NCBI GenBank assembly: GCA_964658305.1
Contig: OZ210885.1
Location: 8,060,001-8,124,000 of the forward strand
Direction: 5' to 3'
DNA length: 64,000 nt
DNA from: Leptogorgia sarmentosa
Taxonomy: Eukaryota
Shown: positions 50,501 to 61,636 of the stretch, one piece after another
How the letters are laid out: each line of letters begins with the position of its first letter
Position numbering within the stretch: position 1 is the stretch's first letter
Position numbers and translations under genes: made by a program
The notes under the pieces: model-generated
What the model was told of the DNA's origin: nothing
What the model saw: the letters and a program-made list of their open reading frames with translations, nothing else
Databases searched by the model: none

Positions 50501-53500
50501 ACCCGCGCAAGCTTTATCGGCTCCTTAGTTAATGTACCTCCTGATGTTAATTCTATTGTAAGCGTTTTACAAAGACCAATTGATGAATCACAAACAATTC
50601 CAATTAAATTAAAACAATCCCTTGGTACAAACACCATTTCAGAATGCTATTAGTAAAGCTGCAGAAGCAGCTCAATACTTAGATCGTACCAGTGAAATAT
50701 TTAAAAACGAAGGAATACAAATGGACAGTTATGTATCATATCAAGTCGATTATAATGAAGAGGAGTGGTCAGAATTTATTTCCATGGATGGAATGAAAAC
50801 TTCAGAAAATCTGAACGCTCACAGTCAAGGAGTAGTTGAGAGAAATGCAACTAATGACTTGATTGATGATGATACAGATGAGTGGTGTGCAGTGACTGAA
50901 CGGTCATCATGTCTTATGGATACATTATTACAAGAAACCTACATTACCCAAGATGGTGACAGAATAATAGGTTTTGCACCAGGAGAAGGAATGCCTGTTC
51001 ATTATAGCACTATATGTAAATGGAATTGCGAAGCAGAGATAGAAGACTCGCGCAGTCTGTCCCAAACATTTTTAACGAACTAAAGAAACTGTAAAGAAAC
51101 TGTATCATTGCGTAACTGTAAAACTAAAGTTAAAATTTTAAAATCAGAAATTTGTGTCAACAAGTTAATAAATTTGGCTGAAGGATTTGGAGTTTTAAGA
51201 AATTTACGCGGATCACCTCCATACTTTGAAAGGTGTAAAAAAGATCTATTTGCCATGATTCGTCAGTTTCGTAATGCTATACGTGGTTCTGTTTATTTTC
51301 ATCAGCTGAAACACAGTGGATTCATTTGCATGGCTAGAAATATGCGACATGCAGTATTACGCAATGGGCATTCGGACTTTCAAAATGCTCGTAAATTTAT
51401 AGTATGCAGCAACGCAAAATAGTATGTTTTCTTACATGCGAAGTATAAACATGGTAAATCGACTTGTAGCGAATCGAAAAAGCAAAATATTGTGATATTT
51501 AGAAGCCGATAAACCTTGTCCCCGAGCGATTCAAACGTATCTATGGATTGTAGCGTATTAGCCGCCATTAATCATCAATTCTTATATACTTCACTGAAAG
51601 AGAGCGGTGTTTTAGGATACATGAAATACAAATTAAATTCCAACATGCGAAGCTTGATTTGTCAAGATGGGGTTTCGGCGGCTTCAACTAATATAAAACC
51701 TATAAAAGGTTACGTATCTTTCCCTTGTCCAGCTTTACGTTTATGTTCGGCAAAGTGCTTCGCTTTGCTTGAAATATCCATAACTATCGAACATAAACGT
51801 AAAGCTGGACAAGGGAAAGATACGTAACCTTTTATAGGTTTTATATTAGTTGAAGCCGCCGAAACCCCATCTTGACAAATCAAGCTTCGCATGTTGGAAT
51901 TTGTATTTCATGTATCCTAAAACACCGCTCTCTTTCATTGAAGTATATAAGAATTGATGATTAATGGCGGCTAATACGCTACAACCCATGGATACGTTTG
52001 AATCGCTCGGGGACAAGGTTTATCGGCTTCTAAATATCACAATATTTTGCTTTTTCGATTCGCTACAAGTCGATTTACCATGTTTATACTTCGCATGTAA
52101 GAAAACATACTACTTTGCGTTGCTGCATACTATAAATTTACGAGCATTTTGAAAGTCCGAATGCCCATTGCGTAATACTGCATGACGCATATTTCTAGCT
52201 ATGTGACTGAAATTCTTGGTCGTCTTATAGACAATAAATATTCTACTAACGACGAAATTAAACAAATGACATGGCAGAAGAAATCTGAACTGAAACAGAT
52301 AGATCCAGTCACATATGCAATAAATTTTTGACATATGATACAATTATTTATTCACAACTTCATTAAAAGCCCAAGTCATCCAGTTGGAGAAGTTGTTGAC
52401 TTCTTCTATCGCGTTGAATTTCCGCAAAGAGGCTCTTCACATATCCACGGCTTATTCTGGATAAAAAATGCTCCTGAGTATGGTAAAGATATATAGTGAT
52501 GAAGATATTGCTGTGTTTATCGATAGTTGTGTTTCATGTAGAGCTGACCCAGATTATTTAACTGATCTCGTAAATTTACAAAGGCACATGAAACCATGAC
52601 ATTAATTTTGTTGAATTTTCTCAGAAGCTAAGTCAATCAGAACAGCAGTATATAAAAGCTATAAGGCTACCTGTTATGCAGTATTTCATCTGTACTTCAA
52701 CTATCAACTGTCAGCCACCAATGATCAGATATGAGAACTATAGCACGATCGTAAATATGTCTATGATCTCAACTTCCCGAAAATGACTATATACAATGAA
52801 AACTTCCAAGATTTTTTGAAGACACGACCAAAGAAGGATTATTCTTCCCAGAGCTGAAGTCGATATTTATGGACTTTATGCATAACCGCACATGTTGCAT
52901 ATCCTTCCCGTCGTAAAGAACATTGCTAACTTAATTAAGAACACATGCATACTATACTCTGTTAATCGTTGGTTCTGATGTCAATAATTGTAACTAGCAA
53001 CTAAGCATGACAACTGCTGGTATATAGCAGAATTAACCCTTGTCAGTGTAACATGTGCGGAAATACATCATTTCATGAATACTCGTTCCGTTATCATAAA
53101 ATAAATTACTCATCTTTTTACTGTCACAATATAAAACAGAATAAAACATCATTTCAACAGTTGCAAAGCTTTCAAAAACGTTTTTTCAGTGTCTCAGTTT
53201 CAAACTTTGATATTACTTTATGTCCCCTTTATATGAAAGTCACTGAATGGGAACGAACATTTTGTTAAAACAATCAAAAACGTCCTTTAGAAATTAGAAA
53301 AGAACCCATATGATGAATTTTGAGAACCTATTATGTTAATAATCAAGAAACAGATATATATAGTATAATCAGATAGGCCCGTTAGTTGTTCTGTTTAAAT
53401 TTTTTCCCGGTCAAAAATTGTCTTCATCATTAAATGCTAATTTAAATTTTTTGAATTTGTTACGTGCGCTAATACTGTTGTGTATTTTTGTTTTCCAGGC

Positions 53501-56500
53501 AGACTGCTATCTTATGAAGAGTATCCGGGGATAAAGATGCTATTAGAGCAACTCCGTGCAACATGCACAGAGACTTGCCGTCTTATACCGGAATTCTCAT
53601 GTTTAGATCTTGGAGGCCCTGAGATCTTTCGAAAAACGTTTGATTCAAGGGTATGCTCATTAGCGACGTCCAATACTTCATCCGCTACTCTTGTCCTTTG
53701 TGGTTTAGGGAATGGTTCAATTACAATCTTTGATCTTGACACAGGTAAATAACCGTGTGGTAACGTACTATGGAAAGAACTAATGGCAACGTTTGGGGTT
53801 TTCAATAGTTTTTTTTTTCTTTTGCCCAATCGTCGGTCCGGAAAAGGGATAAAACACAGATTCAATGCCGTCTCTGCTTGTAATTGTAATTATATGTGCA
53901 ACCATATCCTCACTCACATTTGTAAGAATCATCAGTTCTGAGTTATGCAAGTTGAGCGGCTGTGCGATATATGTGTATAAAAAACTGAGCAAATTTAAAT
54001 CGCTCTCAATTTCGCAAACCCACTCGGGTGACGTTATTAATTAACAAAACTTTGCAGTGCAAAATCACCCCTTGCCAAGAAACGTTGTACTAGGCTTCAC
54101 CTTCAATTCTTTTTGTTAGCGCTGATAATGAACTAAATAGATAAAAAGTTTAGTAAAGTACATGTTTAACTTACCTGCTGTCACATGTACGGTAGTTGTT
54201 TACATCGGAAATTTACGGCGCTATAATCTCATTAACCTCACTGGCCTCAGGGATCGTCCCATTATGCTTCGCACCACTCTAGGTAATGTGGCTATGCTTT
54301 GCTTCATATATCGGTTGTTCTCAGATTACTTACGTGCTTCTCTATTCGGAATCGGCAAATAATTGATCCGCTCGCCAACGATAAATCGCGGTATTACGTG
54401 CGACGTCGTCCAATAATTGATAGTTGGGACCTTAAGATGTAAAACGCCACAAACTCGACAACGGGGTCTAAATTTCAGCTTGAAAATGAGTGCTGACCTT
54501 TTTATGCTTTAAATAGATGTTGGATTTTTTCAAGAAACAGCTACACAGGTTCAGCTAAAGCAATGCGATCGTTGCTGTGTAGTCAACTTGAAATTACAGC
54601 TCTCACGTTGTAATCAGCCTTCACGTTGCTTTGAAGACGTTATGATGCTTGGCTTAACGTTGCGTTGATAACAACAAAGCCGTTGATACCACAATTTATG
54701 CTTGGTTTTTGTTCAGCATAAAAATTTGTTTGTTCGGAAAGCTCGTCGTCGAGTTGGTCACGTAGTAGATCTTAAGGTCCCTAATCCTCTGCTACAAAAT
54801 TGCTATGACACCATTTTTGAACTTATCCACAATGCAGTTGTCTTTCTATTAAGAATGGCAGAAAAGTCTGGTGATATAGTTACAGTTTGATAAAATAAAA
54901 ATAAACCACTGTATACACGCGTCATATTTCGCGCAAATAAGTAAGTATATATAGGATATTACACGGTTGCGAGAAGATATGGATTTTATGTTCGAGTGCA
55001 TGGCAAGAACAATATCTCAGCGAGTGAGCGCAGGGAACGAGTGAGATATTGTTCTTGCCACGAGAACATAAAATCCATATCTTCGAGCGAACCGTGTAAT
55101 GTTCTGTTTATTATATGGACTTATTCAGAGTGACACAAATACACAACAACTACCCTTTTAATGAAAACATGCAGTCTAAAACACGACAATTAATGGCTTT
55201 AAAATTAGCCTTTAGTAAATATAGATTATATAATACCGCTTTATTGTAGTTTATTGTAGTATTGTAGCTTTATTATTCGTCGCAAAACGTACTAATATCG
55301 TCTTCGCTTAAATTCACAAACCTTGAAGTAGAAGCCATTTGTAAACAGCGAAAAAGGCGGAAAGGTTATGTCACCCCTAAGCGTGACATACGGAAAATAC
55401 GCGCACCGTATCCCGGATGTAGTGGCGTATGAGTTCTACGAGTGTTTTAGTTCCCAATAAAATACCGCTGTCCATATAATAATATTTCTTCTAAACAATA
55501 AAACATACAATTATTAAGAAATCGTGTGCATAAATGATATCTGCCAGTTTTAAATGTGAAAGTTCAGTAATTACAAATACAAGTAGGACAACATTCATGT
55601 GCAATCATTGGTATTCGCTGTATAGAATATTTGCTGTTCATAGCTTCATGCATGTTCTACCGCCTGTTCTACCGCCAACATCAGCCACTAAATTTTAAAC
55701 ACTAGTAAATATATTATAAGTTTCAGTAAACTGTTCGGCATTGACCGTTACTCTACCACTTTAGTTATCGAGGCAACAGGGACCGGTAGCAAGTCTTACC
55801 CAAGCGTTCAAGTTGGCTCGATACCTATATCTATAGACTTGCACAACAGAGATGAGGGCATACTTTTATGAAATCCCAAGAAGTAACGAATGATAACACA
55901 CGCCTGTAAAACACGCCACAGTAAATTCCGCAAAATTACAGTTATTTTGTTTTTAGTATTGAAGATCGTTTCGGTGTTTGTCTATCGCTTACATTGCTGT
56001 TTAAAGTGCTTATATCAGGGTCAGGGAAATGACTTATTTAATATGTAGTTCAGGTGATTTTAAGAACATTTGCAATATATTTGATAGGACGAAAATTTTA
56101 TCTTCCTGTACTCTTCGGACCTCAAAGTTGGTAATTTTCAGTAATTTTAGCGCTTGACCGTGAGATACAATTACTGGTATGGGATGTGACGTAAGAAAGA
56201 GAACACATGCGTTGACAACAATAGGGCTTTATAGTAAAAACAGCAACATTGAACACTGTATCTTCGAAAATAAATATTTTTTCTTTCTGCACTAAACGTT
56301 TATGGGCTTAAAATGCCACACAGGTGTGCAGTTTATGGATGTTCGAATGTTGCCAGTTCAGGCGAAGGAATATCGCTGCACGTTATTCCTTTTGCGAATG
56401 ATGATCGACCAGAGGCCAAAAAACGAAGGAAGAAATGGGTCGATTTTGTTCGAAGAAGGCGATTAAAGTTTGAACCATCTGCCTCTTCAAAGATATGTTC

Positions 56501-59500
56501 CAGGCATTTTAATGCAGGAGATTTTACTCGGCGTTTCGGTGTTCGCTTGACTGGCGATAAAGCGAAATTGAAAGCCATACTAAAGAGCGACGAATTCGGG
56601 ATTTGTGTATATCCAACAATTTCTATGCCAGATTGCACAGATCCAACTTCCTCCACGAAAGTAGTGCCTTTAACGCTTCTGCACAGCCTTTGCGCCTCTT
56701 TCGTTCACTAATAGATCAACCTTGCAGTTTACACATGTACACCTAAACAAAACAAATGTGATCGTGAAGTAATACGCGTAAACACTATTATATCGCATCT
56801 CGGTATACACACATTTGACTATGATTTGACCTACCAATCTGATACGCGCACTTCCCCAATTAAGCGAGTTACACTTACAAGCAGTTGTTTTCTCTCCTCT
56901 TCTACTCTTCTAACTTCATTGTATTCGGCAATCCACGCAACATTTGCAATCGGTTCGTCTTGGTACGGTTGCAAGCTTTGCCATTGTTCTTCGCTTCCTC
57001 GCATTACATAATCCGTTATGGAAAACCTATCCGAGTCTAGTTGGCTGTCAAAATTGTCGGAAAAACTTGACGACATCTTCTCACAGGAACTTTAACCGAA
57101 CAGTCTATATTTCAAAGAGGTTCGAGCGTTATTTCGTCTGAAACGCTTTGTTTTCCTATGGCATTTATACTTTGCATATTTGACGTGTTCTCCTTTTTAT
57201 GTTACTTCCGTCGGTAATGTCAATTAGTTACCAGGGGGCAGTTGTATAAAAACGTAGTTAAAGTTAACTATAGTTAGGTGCGAAAATTGACCAATCAGAA
57301 ATGCGTATTTCAAAGCTAACTACCATTTAACTACAAAACGCATAGTTAAGAGTTTTATACAACCGGCCCCAGTACTTTGTACTCACGGAAAATTGAAAAA
57401 ATAGGTACACAAAGTGTTAGCTTGATGATCAAGTCTTATTTGTTTTCAGCTTTTCGATACACGCATCTTATCCCTAATACGCGATCTTGCATGTATTAAA
57501 ATGGTTTACTGCTAGGGAATAGGTTATAGGCGAATAGCGCAAAAAAATACTAGGCAAGACGTGAGATTGTGCGGAGACGTATTCAATACTTGATATAAGC
57601 TTTCATCACTATCTCGCATTCCGGAATTCCCGCGATCATATATCAAATTGCATAAGGAATTGAAACTTGACGACATATGATATCGCATTTTATGTTATTG
57701 CGTCTTAGACACAGCGCTTTGCGATTGTTTGTGAAAAATGTGGCTCTCTAAAAACCAAATTTACCCTTTCCAATACCGTATCATAATAATATATTTATAT
57801 ACAATACATTCCGTCCATTCATGCGCATTTGCGTAGACGCTAAAGTGTATGTATGAGCGGTATGCGCATTGCGCGTAGGTTCAAAACAGAATACTTGAAA
57901 CTATATATGATTTCGTTTGTTTTGTCTCGCGCTTAATAAACACACAAACCCGTTTTATTACAAGTTACGAAATCTATTTTCCTGGGATTGAATGTTTTAA
58001 CCATTCTGTATGGCGAAGCGTCAAAATATAGTAGATATTCCGTGATCACAATGACATCGCGGGCAGACCAAACATGTACAGTGTGTCAGTGCGACAGTGC
58101 TGACACGCTAAAGTATCGTAGGGAAAATATACGCGCAATTGTGTCAAGTCATTAAACTCTTTCATAACCTTAAATATTTGCTGTGTTCAATTGTATAAAT
58201 TGCGTCATGATATTTTTGCTTTGATGATCTAAATTGCATAGCGAACGCGAACCTCTTTAATTAATATCTTTAAAAGCAATGCCAATGGCTGCAATTTGCG
58301 TCATGATATTTTTGCGTATAAATTTCCTTAGTATAAATAGTGTTCTAAACGGCGCAAACGCTCATAAATTAACCTCTATTTCAGTGAAGGCACTCGTCGC
58401 TGCGAACATTATATTTCTTTTTATTATTCACTTTATAGTATTCTTAATTTTGATTGGTCAATTTACCTGCAAATAACTGCGTGCAAATAATAGTCTGAGC
58501 ATGCGCATTTGTTAAAAAGGTTGCTCACCTGCAAATAATAGTCTGAGCATGCGCATTGCGTCACTTTTTTGTAAACAAGGCGGCTCGTTTTCCTGAACTA
58601 TTTTCACCAAAACGGCCGTCAGTGTCTTCCCGGCAATATTTAAAAGAAAGAAAAATTTAAAAGAAGAAGGTTTTTTCTGTAAACCAGTATTATTTTTTAT
58701 GAAATAAAATTTCTATGTAAAGCTCGTTGTATACGTCTACCTTGTAAGTATGCTTTGTAAGTGAATAATAAAACAATTATTGGGCGAGATCTCGCAAAAT
58801 ATCGCGATTTTGTCGATGGCTCGCAGATCAATTATTTGCCTCTGCCTTCGGCATCGGCAAATAATTGATCTGCTCGCCACCGACAAATCGCGATATTTTG
58901 CTCGACCTCGTCCAATAATTGATAATTATCTGGATATTCATGCGAAACCAAATCCACGATCAAACAGACAAACACATCACCACTCTTTAGCTCGCGCCTA
59001 TATCAGCCGCCATTTTGTAATATTTAGCCCGCAAGAACTCCACGTTGGTTCCCTTAAATTTGCGTGTGGGCTCAGTGAGAATTACGTCATCTCAATGTTA
59101 CGTTGTCGCCTATTGGCTAAATTTAACTAACGAATTCGCTGATTGGCTGCAAGCTAACAGTTAACAGCTAACAACTAACAGCTAACAGCTAACAGCTAAC
59201 AGCTAACAGCTCGATAGCAATATATCTGCTGCACAGAAACAAAAATTACCAAATTTGAGGTCCGAAAAGTACAGGAAGATCAAATTTTCGTCTTACCAAA
59301 TATATTGCAAATGTTCTTAAAATCACCTGAACTGCATAAATAAGTCATTTCCCTGACCCTGATATAGGCACTTTAAGTTGCTATACGGACGTAATAGTAA
59401 AAATAGGTACACAACGTGTACATGTATCTGCGTCTATGTAGCTTGGTTACCAGCGATGTATAAAATGGTTTACAGCTAGGGAATAGGCGAATAGCGCAAA

Positions 59501-61636
59501 TAATAATTTCTTTTAAGGCGTGAGGATGTGCTTGGTTAAAACGTGAAACGTATTCAATACTTGATATAAGCTTTCATGTTCACTGTGACTATCTCGCATT
59601 CCGGAATTCGCGCGATCATATCAAATTGCATAATGAATTTAAACCTAACGAAATATGATATCGCATTTTATGCTATATTGCGTCCTTAAAATATTGACAG
59701 CGCTTTGCGATTGTTTGTAAAAAATGTGGCTTTCTAAAAACCAAATTTACTCTTTTCAAAACCATATTATGATAATATATTTATATACACTATATTCTAT
59801 CCATTCATGCAGGATTTGCTTGACGCTCAAGTGTATGATCGGTATGCGCGTAGGTTCAAAACAGAATACTTGAAAGTATATGATTTCGTTTGTTTTGTTT
59901 CGCGCTTAACAAACGCGTTTCATTACAAGCTACAAAATCTATTTTCCTGGGATTGAATGTTTCAACCTTTCTGTAAAGTATGGCGAAGCGTCAAGATGTA
60001 GTAGATATTCCGTGATGGCGTGATCACAATGGCACCGCGTGCAGTCCAAAGTCCAAACATGTACAAATGTGTCAGTGCAGACACGCTAAAGTATCGTAGG
60101 GAAAATATACGAGCAATTTTGTCAAGACTTAAACCTCTTTCAATCATAACGTGTGTACTATTCGCCGTGTGTGTTTAAGGTAATACAATGTATAATTTGC
60201 GTCATGATATTTCTGCTTTGATGATCTAAATTCCATAGCAAACCTCTTTAATATCTTTAAAAGCAATGCCAATGTATGATTTGCGTTGTGATATTTTTGC
60301 GTATCTGCGTATAAATCTGCGGCACGCAGCGTCTCATTTCTATCCTACTTTTGATATCTAAACGACCCGTAAAACCTGCTCTAATTCTGTCATGTTAACA
60401 CTTACCAGATCAAGATAGGTCTCCGTATAAAATGGCGACAAAAGTAGGATAGAAATGAGAAAAAAGTACAATATTTTAAGCGATTTACTAACTTGCTCTT
60501 GCTTCGAAGCTCGAAGTATTTGCAAATGGCGGCACATCAGAATCGACATGCGAAAAGCTCTGCTCTGATTGGGTACAAGCTAACAGCACGAAGCTCTGAT
60601 TGGCTAGAAGCTAACAGCACGAAGCTCTGATTGGCTGCAAGCACGGTTACGGTTACAGTTACAGTTACAGTTACAGTTACAGTTACAGCTACAGTTACAG
60701 TTACAGTTACAGTTACAGTTACATTTACAGTTACAGTTACAGTTACAGTTACAGTTACAGTTACAGTTACAGCTACAGCTACAGTTACAGTTACAGTTAC
60801 AGTTACAGTTACAGTTACAGTTACAGTTACAGTTACAGTTACAGTTACAGTTACAGTTACAGTTACAGTTACAGTTACAGTTACAGTTACAGTTACAGTT
60901 ACAGTTACAGTTACAGTTACAGTTACAGTTACAGTTACAGTTACAGTTACAGTTACAGTTACAGTTACAGTTACAGTTACAGTTACAGTTACAGTTACAG
61001 TTACAGTTACAGTTACAGTTACAGTTACAGTTACAGTTACAGTTACAGTTACAGTTACAGTTACAGTTACAGTTACAGTTACAGTTACAGTTACAGTTAC
61101 AGTTACAGTTACAGTTACAGTTACAGTTACAGTTACAGTTACAGTTACAGTTACAGTTACAGTTACAGTTACAGTTACAGTTACAGTTACAGATACAGTT
61201 ACAAGACGATAGCAATATATCTGCTGACGCAGATACAAAAATGGAAGTTAGCGGTGTAAACAGAGTGTAGCTGATGGGATAGTTAATGTAGTTACTTGTC
61301 TCAATCATTTATTTTATCGCCGCAATGTTTTGAAAAATACTCCCAATGTAGTAACGATGTGAGTGAAAATTACCTATTACACCTTTTTATATACATGCTA
61401 TCTTATTTTATAAACAGGTAGAGAAGTTCAACAACTACTGGGACATTCTGAGGAAGTTAGCGGTTTGGCTGTGTCACAAAGTGGAACAATACTAGCGTCG
61501 TGGACGTGGGAGGGAAGTACAATCCTTTGGAGAATGGACAGTTATGAACAGCTTTTTGTGTTCCAAGGGGAGAGTATAGTTAATGCTCTGGATTTCAGTG
61601 CAGATGATCAGCGAGTGTTTATTGGAACAGGCGATG
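41515..61636 (+). CDS. APAF1-like STAND protein: HEPN - heptad coiled coil - NB-ARC - WD40 (continues beyond the window)
   Basis: Phase-consistent GT-AG exons 41515-42100, 42955-43052, 44607-45072, 45979-46316, 46593-47235, 48221-48631, 53499-53744, 61418-61636, no stops. Motifs: RNPWAH, GMGGLGKT (Walker A), LVILDDVW (Walker B), LLITTR, GDLPLAL, LHDLL, LLGHSEEV..ILW (WD40). Confidence 0.9.
42483..42694. mobile_element. Short MITE; related inverted copy at ~49318-49520
   Basis: TAGACTTTT..AAAAGTCTA ends; shared CATTTTAC..CAACCAAACT..ACTTTGGGATGCTC..AACGCTGTT core. Confidence 0.55.
44247..44365 (-). repeat. Inverted copy of the NB-ARC exon 5 3' end and donor site within intron 2
   Basis: Reverse complement of 47149-47267 with a few substitutions. 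Confidence 0.85.
44700..44960 (+). repeat. Coding 21-bp (7-aa) tandem repeat H(S/Q)SKEL(E/G/D)(Q/E)
   Basis: About 12 heptads in exon 3 of the STAND gene. Confidence 0.85.
49676..50149. mobile_element. hAT MITE nested in another repeat
   Basis: TIR CAGGGGCGTAGCG / CGCTACGCCACTG; ATTTTGTT on both flanks; empty site in the copies at ~57880 and ~59855. Confidence 0.8.
50525..52590 (+). mobile_element. Helitron/Helentron Rep-helicase fragment, decayed
   Basis: LVNVP.DV...P....TIPIKLK, LRGSPPYFERCKKDLFAMIRQ, SAAETQW-like, and HUH motif FYRVEFPQRGSSHIHGLFW. Confidence 0.85.
51329..52203. mobile_element. Foldback element: ~420-bp inverted arms, 38-bp spacer, 2-bp TG duplication
   Basis: Arms 51329-51749 and 51788-52203 are near-perfect; removing the element restores Helitron WIHLTEILGRLID. 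Confidence 0.9.
54426..54781. mobile_element. MITE
   Basis: TIR GGGACCTTAAGAT / ATCTTAAGGTCCC. Confidence 0.7.
54951..55482. mobile_element. Non-autonomous Crypton-like element
   Basis: Long terminal hairpin around GAGTGAGCGCAGGGAACGAGTGAG (reverse-complement-like to the 19580-19606 motif); ends CCATATAATAA. Confidence 0.65.
56313..56660 (+). pseudogene. THAP domain (N-terminus of a Kolobok transposase), truncated
   Basis: MPHRCAVYGC..LH..P..W....ICSRHF..VYPTI. Confidence 0.85.
56660..57076 (-). pseudogene. KolX / P2X7 C-terminal-like Cys-rich ORF remnant
   Basis: LQPYQDEP..RL......DW spliced to CTCVNC....NER, as in Kolobok second ORFs. Confidence 0.6.
57235..57369. mobile_element. PIF/Harbinger MITE
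   Basis: TIR GGGGCAGTTGTATAAAA / TTTTATACAACCGGCCC; 3-bp CAG TSD. Confidence 0.75.
58421..58928. mobile_element. Non-autonomous Crypton-like element; fragment of the same family at ~54345-54420
   Basis: Starts TTATTAT; terminal hairpin CAATTATTGG..GCCTTCGGCATCGGC..CCAATAATTG. Confidence 0.6.
60645..61203. repeat. (GTTACA)n hexamer microsatellite, ~93 units
   Basis: Direct reading. Confidence 0.97.

Larger units (their letters stand above)
56005..59372. mobile_element. Kolobok DNA transposon, internally deleted
   Basis: TTAA TSD (56001-56004, 59373-59376), AG..CT termini, ~135-bp TIR; convergent THAP and P2X7-tail-like ORF remnants. Confidence 0.85.
57397..61226. repeat. Diverged tandem duplication (~57397-59231 vs ~59398-61226)
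   Basis: Both units start AAAATAGGTACACAA and end CGATAGCAATATATCTGCTG; part of the unit also occurs inverted at ~49550-50465. Confidence 0.75.

Noticed and set aside
51380..52343. Pairs of identical ORFs on opposite strands
   Set aside because: Consequence of the foldback arms
60537..61308. Long VT/CN-repeat ORFs
   Set aside because: Translations of the (GTTACA)n microsatellite
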